In this document: positions 1-9,512 of the stretch, piece by piece
Numbering within the stretch: the first letter of the stretch is position 1
How the letters are laid out: every line of letters begins with the position of its first letter
Origin: an uncultured Bacteroidales bacterium
GTDB lineage: Bacteria; Hydrothermota; 32-111
DNA length: 64,000 bases
Direction of reading: 5' to 3'
NCBI GenBank assembly: GCA_964544145.1
Contig: CAZJAT010000003.1
Location: 7,804 to 71,803, forward strand
The notes under the pieces: model-generated
Databases searched by the model: none
The model's input: only the letters and a program-made list of their open reading frames with translations
Told to the model about the DNA's origin: nothing
Made by a program: the position numbers and the translations under genes

Positions 1-219
1 TACTGCTGAATGCAGCGTTTGCAGTCCATCCCTATTTCTCTTTCTGAACTCAATTTCATTTATGCTGAAAGGTTCAAGATGGGAATTAAACATTGATTTT
101 TTTCTGTAGAATCCCCTTACTGCAAAATCCATGATACCTTCTGGTGTGAGCACTTTTATTAATGCACTTGTTTCTCTGAAACGCTGCTTTCTTATTACAA
201 TACATTTTATCTTTTTCAA

Positions 220-1089
220 TTATCTCCTTGGAAATCCATTGCCCAAAACCTCATATACATTCTGAACTACGATAAATGCTTTTGTATCTACATTTTTGAC
301 TGTTTCAGTCAATCTGCTCAATTCTCTTCTTGAAACAACTACATATAGAATGTCCCTGTCATTTCCTGTATACATACCCTTACCTCTGAATCCGGAAATA
401 CCTCTGTTCATTGTTTCCATAATCTTCTGTGATACTGCCTCCGGTTCATCAGTGAAAATAAAAACACCTCTCGCATAATCCTGTCCCTCAAGTATCATAT
501 CAATCGCCTTACTGGATAAAAAAAGCGTAATAAAGGAATATAAAATTAATTCATAATTTCTGAATATCAGGCTGCTGCCTATAATTATAACTGCATCTAT
601 AATCATTATTGAATATCCTACTGAAAGATTGAAATATTTGTTCATTATCCTGCCAACGATATCACTCCCCCCCGTACTGCCTCTCCCCTTAAAAATAAGT
701 CCCAATCCTATACCAAGCAACGCACCGCCGTAAACTGCTGATAGAAGCAAATTCCCATTATCAAAAATCAGGGGTTTGAGAAGATATGCGAATAAATCTG
801 TGACTATTGAGATAAGGATTGTTGCTGTAATTGTCCTTACTCCGAATGTCTTTCCGAATAGTTTAATACCTATGAATAACAACGGTATATTTATAATAAG
901 CATTACAGCCCCAAATGGTGTCTTGAAAAGATGATGCAATATAATGGAAATACCGGAAATTCCTCCCGGAATAATCTTGGCAGGTACTATAAAAAAAGCA
1001 TAGGCAGCTGATGTAATAAGAACACCTGCACTGATATATAAAACATCTTTACTGATTCGCATTATTTTTCTTCCTTTGTTCAATTTCAA
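220..1089 (-). CDS. YitT-family integral membrane protein (DUF161 N-domain, DUF2179 C-domain)
   Basis: 289-aa ORF with multiple TM helices and a Gly-rich membrane core, followed by a soluble C-terminal domain typical of YitT/DUF2179. Confidence 0.7.
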   Translation of the reverse strand: MKLNKGRKIMRISKDVLYISAGVLITSAAYAFFIVPAKIIPGGISGISIILHHLFKTPFGAVMLIINIPLLFIGIKLFGKTFGVRTITATILISIVTDLFAYLLKPLIFDNGNLLLSAVYGGALLGIGLGLIFKGRGSTGGSDIVGRIMNKYFNLSVGYSIMIIDAVIIIGSSLIFRNYELILYSFITLFLSSKAIDMILEGQDYARGVFIFTDEPEAVSQKIMETMNRGISGFRGKGMYTGNDRDILYVVVSRRELSRLTETVKNVDTKAFIVVQNVYEVLGNGFPRR

Positions 1090-2299
1090 CTGTCTCTATT
1101 CTATTCTCTATCATCCGCATTATACGGAGAGATGTATTTTCATCAATATTGATAATATCACCTTCATCGGGTATACGCCCCAATTTGTACATAACATACC
1201 CGGATACAGTTTCATAATAATTACTCTCCTGCAGGAATACAAAACCTCTCTCATTTATATCCTCTATCTTTCTGTCGCCATCAATAATCATCTTTCCTTT
1301 TCTCCAGTCAATACCATCATCCTTGTCATATTCATCCGATATGTCACCAATCAATTCCTCAATGATATCCTCTAATGTCACTATGCCGGATAATTGACCA
1401 TATTCATCAACAATAACAGTCATATGAATGTTCTTACTCTTCATCTCTACAAGCAGATTGCCAAGGGAAACTGTTTCAGGAGCAAAATGAGGTTTTTCCA
1501 TTATATCCCTGACCTTTCCAGATTGCAGCATTATCAAATCATTTATATTTACAATACCTATGACTGTATCAGGATTTTCGTGGTAAACAGGCAGCCTTGT
1601 GAATATTTTCTTCTCTTCCATTAAATGCGCTTTAGCTGATACAAAGTCATCATCTGACCTGAGCATAACAATATCAGTACGGGGTATCAGTACATCGCCC
1701 GCATTTTTATCATTAAAATCAAATATACCTGATATAAGCTTATTTTCATGCACAGAAATATTTTCACCCTCAAATCCGCCTTTAACAAAGAATTCAAGAT
1801 CACTTTTGCTCAATGTGAGTCTCCTGATGCCCTTTGATTTAATATTGGTGAGAATCAATATCAGCTCAGAGAATGCTGTACTTAAAAGTATCATAGGATA
1901 AAAAATATAATAGAAAAACTTGATAAGGGGTGCATAGATTACAGCATAGCGTTCCGGGGATTCCTTTGTAATTGTTTTTGGAATAATCTCACCCACAATT
2001 AGTATAATGATTGAAAGAAGTAAAGAGAAATACAGTGATGCTCCCACCTCATTCCCGGGAAATATAAGTTCCTCACTCAATGTAGTCATAGCGGCAATAG
2101 CTAGATTTGTTCCTACCAATACAGAATATAGATATATCTCCGGCTTTATCAAGAGCCTGTATAATACCTTGTATTTATTGTCTTTCTGGGATCTAACCAG
2201 AACGAACAGCTTGTTGGAAGCAATAAATGCCATCTCACTTGCTGTAAAGAGAAGTGTAAATCCCATCAATATGATAACAATAATGATATCCATTATCAT
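1049..2299 (-). CDS. CNNM/DUF21-CBS-CorC_HlyC hemolysin-family transporter (CorC/TlyC-like)
   Basis: 416 aa with an N-terminal 4-TM DUF21 domain, tandem CBS region and a C-terminal CorC_HlyC-type domain. It lies in the classic ybeZ-ybeY-ybeX(corC) neighbourhood. Confidence 0.8.
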   Translation of the reverse strand: MIMDIIIVIILMGFTLLFTASEMAFIASNKLFVLVRSQKDNKYKVLYRLLIKPEIYLYSVLVGTNLAIAAMTTLSEELIFPGNEVGASLYFSLLLSIIILIVGEIIPKTITKESPERYAVIYAPLIKFFYYIFYPMILLSTAFSELILILTNIKSKGIRRLTLSKSDLEFFVKGGFEGENISVHENKLISGIFDFNDKNAGDVLIPRTDIVMLRSDDDFVSAKAHLMEEKKIFTRLPVYHENPDTVIGIVNINDLIMLQSGKVRDIMEKPHFAPETVSLGNLLVEMKSKNIHMTVIVDEYGQLSGIVTLEDIIEELIGDISDEYDKDDGIDWRKGKMIIDGDRKIEDINERGFVFLQESNYYETVSGYVMYKLGRIPDEGDIINIDENTSLRIMRMIENRIETVEIEQRKKNNANQ

Positions 2300-3270
2300 A
2301 GTTCTTCTCCCCTGTCATCCGGAAGCGGTCCCAATAATCTTTCCATTATATCATTCAATGTGACCAGACCTTCAGTATTGCCATCAGTATTCTGAATGAT
2401 TGCAAAATGGTTTTTGGTCTTGAGAAACCAGCTAAGCAGCTTAAAAACTGGTGTCTGATTGCTGATAAAACTAACATTCCTTATTATACCTTTTATTGTT
2501 GCATTGCGCTCAACATAAATCATATCCTTGAAATAGATGATACCGGATATGCGTTCCCTGTCTTTGCTATATACGGGCATTCGTGAAAACCTGTGCTTTA
2601 AAAACAATTCACTTGCCTCGCTGAATGAGGATTCCCTGCTTATTGAAACTATCTTGGGTTTTTTCACACATATATCAGTTACTTTCATTTCGCGTAAAGC
2701 CAGATAATTGTTTACTAATTCAACCTCATCTCGATTATCCTTATAGTTCTTACTGATATATGAAAGCATATCCTTGAGTTCCATATAGTCAATCTTCTCA
2801 CGTTCCTTATCGCTGCTTTTACCGAGTATAAGAGCAATAAGCCAGGAAAGAGGATACACCATCAGATGGAAAACATAAGTAAATGGCAGTAAATTGATAA
2901 ATACCCTTGACCTGTACACAGATATTATTTTGGGTGTAATTTCTCCGCATATGAGCAGTATGAATGTGACAAGGAGAATACTTACTAATTTATTCTGTGT
3001 TAAAGTTGAAAATGCCCGGTTAAATACTGTGACAAAGAATACATTGACAAATGTATTAAGGAAAAGTAATGATATAAGGAATTCCGTCCTTCTCTTATTC
3101 ACCTTTCTCAACGCATCTACATAATATGCTGATTTACTGCAGAATTTTCTGATATCCGATTCTGTAAGTGAAAAGAATGCAGTCTCAGTACCTGAAAAGA
3201 TAAATGAGAATATGAGCAATAATGCAAGTAAAATTATATTAATTGTCATTGTCATTATAAAATGCTTCAA
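2296..3270 (-). CDS. DUF21/CNNM-CBS domain membrane protein (second CorC-like paralog without the C-terminal domain)
   Basis: 324 aa with an N-terminal TM DUF21-like region and a CBS-pair region. It is adjacent to and overlaps the previous paralog. Confidence 0.65.
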   Translation of the reverse strand: MKHFIMTMTINIILLALLLIFSFIFSGTETAFFSLTESDIRKFCSKSAYYVDALRKVNKRRTEFLISLLFLNTFVNVFFVTVFNRAFSTLTQNKLVSILLVTFILLICGEITPKIISVYRSRVFINLLPFTYVFHLMVYPLSWLIALILGKSSDKEREKIDYMELKDMLSYISKNYKDNRDEVELVNNYLALREMKVTDICVKKPKIVSISRESSFSEASELFLKHRFSRMPVYSKDRERISGIIYFKDMIYVERNATIKGIIRNVSFISNQTPVFKLLSWFLKTKNHFAIIQNTDGNTEGLVTLNDIMERLLGPLPDDRGEEL

Positions 3271-3667
3271 GCATTGAATTTTCCATTTCTATAAATTGAT
3301 CATAATCCGCATCAGTATTATGAGTGAATTCCATAATATGCAGCAGACCATGGAATACCCTTCTCATTATTTCATATTCACTATTGGGTTTTATAAAATC
3401 GGCATATATATAAATATCACCAAGCATATCACCCGAAAATTCTGAGAATTCACCTTCATTCATACTGAATGTTATAACATCAGTGGGCATATTCTTCTTT
3501 CTATACTGATTATTGATTGATATCATTTTTTCTTCATTTATAAAGATAATATTGAGACTTTTTTCATTAATGTCCTGGGATTTAAGATATGATGAAATAA
3601 ATGCCTTTAAGAATTTATCTGTATCCTTGCTGAAGCATGAATTTACAATTGCTATTTTATTTTTCAT
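3239..3667 (-). CDS. ybeY: rRNA maturation endoribonuclease YbeY
   Basis: About 140 aa with a C-terminal metal-binding 'HGLLHIMEFTH' segment (YbeY H..H..H zinc site) in the phoH-ybeY-corC context. The ORF track starts at 3724; the internal Met (MKNKIAIV) is the more plausible start. Confidence 0.75.
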   Translation of the reverse strand: MKNKIAIVNSCFSKDTDKFLKAFISSYLKSQDINEKSLNIIFINEEKMISINNQYRKKNMPTDVITFSMNEGEFSEFSGDMLGDIYIYADFIKPNSEYEIMRRVFHGLLHIMEFTHNTDADYDQFIEMENSMLEAFYNDNDN

Positions 3668-5795
3668 GGTATTTATACTCCACACGCATATGGTATATAC
3701 TGATAAGTATGGATGTAAATTCATCCTTTATTGCATTGATCTCATTTACACTCAATTCTGCCTGGTCCATCTGTCCTTCATTCAGTTTTTTAGAGAAGAT
3801 AAATTCAATCATCTTTCTGATGTCTTTTTCCTCTCTCGTCTTCAAACTGCGTACAGCAGCTTCCACAGAATCAGCAAGCATCACAATTGCATTCTCCTTG
3901 CTGACTGGTAATGGGCCTGTATATTTGAATTTTTCAATATCTATATCATCCTTGCGTTCTCTTGCTTTATTAATAAAGTAATCAATCCCCGATGTGCCAT
4001 GATGAGAGATAATAAATGATATAATCTCATTCGGCAATTTATTTTCTCTTGCTAATTCTGCTCCATTGCTTACATGGTCCTTAATAATCTCAGCAGATAA
4101 CTCGGGAGGAAGAGATTCGTGAGGATTAAATCCCGTTGTTTGATTTTCAATAAAATACTCTGGTTTCAATAATTTTCCTATATCATGATAATATGCTCCC
4201 ACTCTTGTAAGCAGTTCATTCGCACCGATTCTCTTTGCCGCCTTTTCCGCCAAATTACTTACAGTGAGTGAATGATGGAATGTCCCTGTTGCTTCTTCAG
4301 CCTCCATTCTAAGGAGCTTGTTATTGAGATCAGAGAGATCAAGCAATGTAATATTAGTGATTCTACTGAGCAGTCTTTCTATAAAAGGTAATAACAGAAT
4401 TACCAGCAGAATGGATATTAAAATATTAACAAAACCCGATAACATGCTGAGAAGTATATCAGTAAATGCAGATTCCTTAAAAATCTCAACACAGAAAGCT
4501 ACCAATACGGCAATTGCAGAGACCTTAAGAATTATGCCAACAAAGTGAGTTCGCTTTTCTATACGCTTTACAAGGTATATACAGTAAATTGCTGAGACAA
4601 ATAGTGCAAGAAGACCCTGAATCCGCAAACCTGAATATATAACAATAATACTTATAAGGAATACAATACTGATCAATGCGAATGTTCGGCTATAGAGCAG
4701 AGATAAAACCGCTGATGTTATTATTATAGGAATCAGATATTCGATATAGGCAAATTGATAGAAAAGACCATATACAATCAGATTGACTGCAAACAAAAAT
4801 ACAATAAGAATTTTATCCTTTAATTTAATACGCAGTTTTATGAATTGTGTATTTATAAATACAAAGTATAATATTAAAATTATAATCATTATTAGGTTTT
4901 TAACCAAGAATCTGGTAAAATCAGATAATGGCGAATTGTTCTGGGAACGATGATGTCTCAATGACCTCATCTTATCCGCAGCAGGCTGAGAAACAATGTC
5001 ATGGGCTCGGACAATAATTTCTCCTTTAAGCACCATCCCTGCTGCTTGAGATATCTCATTCCTTGCCTTTTCTCTGCGCATATTGGTTTCTTCAATATCT
5101 ATCGTTATATTCGGCTTAACAAAATGCTGTATTAATTCTATACCGTATTTCAATAAAAAAGAATTTGATGAAAATGATTTGATAATATTTTCTTTGGTTT
5201 TGCTTATCACTTCATTATTGTCCAGTATATCATTGCTGGTAATCTGCTTCTCTTCACCTTCTGAAATGATTGTGATTGTATTATCCTTACCATATGGTAT
5301 AGCACTCTTATCAGCAATAATACCTTTTTTCAGCAATGCAGTCATTATTTTATACGAATTGTCCAATAAATATCTGCGTTTATCAGAGATTAACAGATTG
5401 TGCATTTCAGCTGAAAACTCCGGGTAATTCTCTGCAAGATATGTCCTTTTCTGTTCAACTGACATCATTGATTTTGCAAGAGAGTCAATCCTCAGCATAA
5501 AACCCTTGAAATCATTATCCATTCTTGATGTTTTGGCATCATCAAATTTAAGTACAGGTGAAATACTGTTATATGCTGACTGGCGTTCCTTTTCCAATAC
5601 CGTTTCATTTTTCAGAATTTGGAATGAGAATGGAGCTACAACATCCTTTGGAGCAATGTCTCCTTTCTTTAAATCAGGTAAAGAAGATATTGCATAGGGA
5701 AAAAATATATTGAATACTGTAACAAGCAGTATTAACAGAATTATATCTGTTATATGTTCAAGAATTTTGTTCAGAGCTGCTTTTATCATATGCAT
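3657..5795 (-). CDS. 7TM-receptor HD-hydrolase membrane protein (7TMR-HDED + HD/HDIG domain, PgpH/YqfF-like)
   Basis: 712 aa with an N-terminal extracytoplasmic region, about 7 TM helices, and a C-terminal HD domain ('HHSLTVSNLA...YYHDIGK'). The phoH neighbourhood is typical of yqfF/pgpH. Confidence 0.75.
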   Translation of the reverse strand: MHMIKAALNKILEHITDIILLILLVTVFNIFFPYAISSLPDLKKGDIAPKDVVAPFSFQILKNETVLEKERQSAYNSISPVLKFDDAKTSRMDNDFKGFMLRIDSLAKSMMSVEQKRTYLAENYPEFSAEMHNLLISDKRRYLLDNSYKIMTALLKKGIIADKSAIPYGKDNTITIISEGEEKQITSNDILDNNEVISKTKENIIKSFSSNSFLLKYGIELIQHFVKPNITIDIEETNMRREKARNEISQAAGMVLKGEIIVRAHDIVSQPAADKMRSLRHHRSQNNSPLSDFTRFLVKNLIMIIILILYFVFINTQFIKLRIKLKDKILIVFLFAVNLIVYGLFYQFAYIEYLIPIIITSAVLSLLYSRTFALISIVFLISIIVIYSGLRIQGLLALFVSAIYCIYLVKRIEKRTHFVGIILKVSAIAVLVAFCVEIFKESAFTDILLSMLSGFVNILISILLVILLLPFIERLLSRITNITLLDLSDLNNKLLRMEAEEATGTFHHSLTVSNLAEKAAKRIGANELLTRVGAYYHDIGKLLKPEYFIENQTTGFNPHESLPPELSAEIIKDHVSNGAELARENKLPNEIISFIISHHGTSGIDYFINKARERKDDIDIEKFKYTGPLPVSKENAIVMLADSVEAAVRSLKTREEKDIRKMIEFIFSKKLNEGQMDQAELSVNEINAIKDEFTSILISIYHMRVEYKYHEK

Positions 5796-6693
5796 TGATT
5801 ATTTCCTTTACTAGAGGATGACGTATTATGTCCCTCGGTTTCAATTTTATTGATTCAATTCCAATTATCTCTTGAGTTAATTTATTCAACTCTATTAATC
5901 CGCTTTTCTGATTCCTATCCAGATCAGTCTGTGTAATATCACCCGTTATGATTACCTTTGAATTCATTCCCATTCGTGTGATAAACATCTTCATTTGCTT
6001 TGATGTAGTATTCTGTGCTTCATCCAGAATAAGATAACAATTAGACAATGTCCTTCCTCTCATATATGCCAGCGGGGCAATTTCAATAATCTCCTCATTA
6101 ATAAATCTCTCTACTCTGTCTCGTTCAAGCATTGAATGGAGAGCATCATACAATGGTCTTAAATATGGGTCAATCTTATCTTTCAAATCACCGGGCAGGA
6201 ATCCGAGTTTTTCTCCTGCTTCTACAGCAGGCCTGGTCAATATAATCTTCTTTATATTCCTGTTTAGCAACTCATTTAATGCCTTTGCTACAGCAAGAAA
6301 TGTCTTTCCTGTTCCGGCAGGTCCTATGGCAATAACGATTTCATTACTCATTAGGGCTTTCATATACTCTTTCTGCCCTTCAGTCCTCGGTTTTATAATA
6401 CGTTTAGGGAAATGGAAAACCAATTCATTGTTTACAGATCTGTTTTTTATCTTTGAAATAATACTTATAACATCACTTCTCTCAATAAATCCCCTATTGA
6501 GTTCAATGTCATTCAATTCATTTATAATGGAACATATTTCTTCATTTGCTAAAATATAATCAGTATCTGCATCCTTGATAATCTTACCTTCAACATTGGA
6601 TAATATTAATTCAGTAAAATCATTGTGTTTGCTAATAAATGAAATAATTAATTCTTTCTGTTTCATAATAAAAAAATAATGATTTTGGAGCAA
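5758..6693 (-). CDS. phoH: PhoH-like ATPase (YbeZ)
   Basis: 311 aa with a Walker A motif 'GPAGTGKTFLAV' and an overall PhoH-family sequence. Confidence 0.85.
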   Translation of the reverse strand: MLQNHYFFIMKQKELIISFISKHNDFTELILSNVEGKIIKDADTDYILANEEICSIINELNDIELNRGFIERSDVISIISKIKNRSVNNELVFHFPKRIIKPRTEGQKEYMKALMSNEIVIAIGPAGTGKTFLAVAKALNELLNRNIKKIILTRPAVEAGEKLGFLPGDLKDKIDPYLRPLYDALHSMLERDRVERFINEEIIEIAPLAYMRGRTLSNCYLILDEAQNTTSKQMKMFITRMGMNSKVIITGDITQTDLDRNQKSGLIELNKLTQEIIGIESIKLKPRDIIRHPLVKEIINAYDKSSSEQNS

Positions 6694-6742
6694 AAATGCT
6701 CCAAAATCATTATTATTTGCATTGTTTGACTATTTACGCTGC

Positions 6743-7165
6743 TTAAGGTCTCGGAATGACTAACTTCCACTTAGGATATATTAAGTTAGGATCCTTGATG
6801 AGTTTCTTGTTAGCTTTGTAAATTTCAGGCCATCTGCGCCAATTACCCTTTCCATAAACATCAGGATATTCAGCGAGCTTGCTCAGCCAGTCACCGGATT
6901 TCACTTCATAGAAACCTCTTGTTGCTTTGAGTGTTTCCAACTCTTCAATAAGAGCTTCCTTCTCAGCAAGAAGATTTTCATATGTTGCTTCCAGTTCTTC
7001 CATCACAGGTGTGCATTCGTCAAGTTTTGCCTGAGCTGCCAAAAGTCTTGCTTTCTCCATTTCAATCATCTCAAGTGCATCTTCCTCTTTGATTACATCT
7101 TCTGCAAATACGATTACAGATGCAAGGATGATTAGTATTGAGATAATAAGAGCTTTTGTCTTCAT
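6743..7165 (-). CDS. secreted coiled-coil protein with C-terminal LysM-like domain
   Basis: Signal peptide, an Ala/Glu/Leu-rich coiled coil, and a C-terminal 'YEVKSGDWLSKLAEY...LVIP' LysM-like motif. The start is taken at the internal Met; the ORF track extends to 7192. Confidence 0.5.
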   Translation of the reverse strand: MKTKALIISILIILASVIVFAEDVIKEEDALEMIEMEKARLLAAQAKLDECTPVMEELEATYENLLAEKEALIEELETLKATRGFYEVKSGDWLSKLAEYPDVYGKGNWRRWPEIYKANKKLIKDPNLIYPKWKLVIPRP

Positions 7166-7175
7166 TACCAACTCC

Positions 7176-7421
7176 TTATTTGTACTTTTCAATTTCCATC
7201 TTGAGTTCTTCGATCTCTGCTTCCAGGTCTTTTATCTTCATTTGAAGATCATCAACCCTTACAGCACAGTCTTTTGCACTCATCTCTGCATCATCTGCTG
7301 CCATTCTCAATTCATCGAGTTCAGCAAGCATCTCATCTGAAGCCTTCTTGGGTCCGCAACTTGATAAAATCAAGGCAGAAGCCAACATCAAGAGGATGAA
7401 GACAGTTAAATACTTTTTCAT
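7176..7421 (-). CDS. small coiled-coil lipoprotein
   Basis: Lipoprotein signal 'LILSSCGPKK' followed by a heptad-rich E/K/L coiled coil. The start is taken at the internal MKKYL. Confidence 0.4.
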   Translation of the reverse strand: MKKYLTVFILLMLASALILSSCGPKKASDEMLAELDELRMAADDAEMSAKDCAVRVDDLQMKIKDLEAEIEELKMEIEKYK

Positions 7422-7544
7422 TAGATTCACCTCCATTGTTTTTCTGTATTATAGAGTTAAGTTATATATTTGTCAATATATATATTTATTTTATATATTA
7501 TATATGGACAATTACATTCTGTAAAGAACCGTTTCGCAGAAAAG

Positions 7545-7616
7545 AGCGGGCAACGGGAATCGAACCCGCAGCATTCAGCTTGGGAAGCTGACACTCTACC
7601 GTTGAGTTATACCCGC
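7545..7616 (-). tRNA. tRNA-Gly(CCC)
   Basis: The reverse complement reads GCGGGTATAACTCAACGGTAGAGTGTCAGCTTCCCAAGCTGAATGCTGCGGGTTCGATTCCCGTTGCCCGCT. The cloverleaf has a 7-bp acceptor stem, a GTTCGATTC T-loop, and an anticodon loop TTCCCAA. Confidence 0.85.
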
Positions 7617-7617
7617 A

Positions 7618-8337
7618 TTACATCAGATTTTTATACTCACTCAACTGAGGGTAAAATAAGGTGTCAGGCATGCTGTCCATTGGTAATATATCAATAATTC
7701 TTATCTCTTCAGTAACAATTGTTTCATTATATTCTGTTTTTGTAACAATATTTCTGGGTAATTTTTCCACATAACCGTAAAATACTGTTTGTAATACGAG
7801 TTTTTGCTCATTATTGTAAGCTTCCATCATCTCTATTTCACCAATGCTGTTTATAAGTATTACTATGTCAGATATTGTAGTACCATTATCATCTAATATA
7901 TATCTGATCTGTTTCTTACCATCCCTGTCAATCATCTCGGTGTGCTCTTTATTTTCATGTAGATAATCAAGTATTCGCAGGGATTCAAAAATATCCGTAT
8001 TAAACATATCAATAATATTTGCTGAATTATCTGTTTGATATGCATATTCCTTGACCATTGGATTTATAAGTATAAGTGAGTCATTCCTGGATATAAATAT
8101 ATTTCTCATTTCAATGGTATTGACTTCAATTCGTCTCATTCCCTTGTCTGCATTTTCAAAGATCCTGTAATATAGGGTATTGATATCATCACCACTATTT
8201 ACAGTAGTAATATACGATATACTGTAATTTCGCAATCCAATTAATTGTTCAGAGATACCGGAGAATGAAAAATCTGCCGGTTCTTCTCCCCCTATCAATA
8301 AAGGGAGCAGAAAAACCAGCAGAATAATTTTATTCAT
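7618..8337 (-). CDS. hypothetical secreted protein
   Basis: 239 aa with an N-terminal signal peptide (MNKIILLVFLLPLLIGG) and no recognisable motif. Confidence 0.4.
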   Translation of the reverse strand: MNKIILLVFLLPLLIGGEEPADFSFSGISEQLIGLRNYSISYITTVNSGDDINTLYYRIFENADKGMRRIEVNTIEMRNIFISRNDSLILINPMVKEYAYQTDNSANIIDMFNTDIFESLRILDYLHENKEHTEMIDRDGKKQIRYILDDNGTTISDIVILINSIGEIEMMEAYNNEQKLVLQTVFYGYVEKLPRNIVTKTEYNETIVTEEIRIIDILPMDSMPDTLFYPQLSEYKNLM

Positions 8338-8536
8338 TCAAAAGGATATTCATTGATGTAGCATAGGGAGCTACATTAACTGTTTTGCCTTGCTGCGCTA
8401 ATGAACCGGATGTCAATTTTGCTGCATAATAATCTACACAACAGCATTGTGCTGTTGAGAAAGCAATGCTGACTGATGCTGCTAATACTGTGAGAGCAAA
8501 AATAACAACAATGATTACTGTGGTCAATTTTTTCAT
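8330..8536 (-). CDS. small secreted Cys-cluster protein (hypothetical)
   Basis: 68 aa with a signal peptide and a CCC motif. Its start overlaps the downstream gene (ATGA-type coupling). Confidence 0.3.
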   Translation of the reverse strand: MKKLTTVIIVVIFALTVLAASVSIAFSTAQCCCVDYYAAKLTSGSLAQQGKTVNVAPYATSMNILLNE

Positions 8537-8575
8537 GAAACCTCCAAATCGTTATTTATATTGTTATATATTATA

Positions 8576-9428
<853 letters not shown>

Positions 9429-9512
9429 TTAATAATTTACAATATAATGATTTGTATTTTTCTGTCAAGACCAATTGCTCTATTATTAATTAAAATCACA
9501 TAATCTAAATCA

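Noticed and set aside
1-134. A possible 44-codon 5' fragment of a minus-strand gene starting at the ATG at 134..132 (MDFAVRGFYRKK...) and running off the window
   Set aside because: It is too short and has no recognisable motif. It may be real but cannot be supported from this window.
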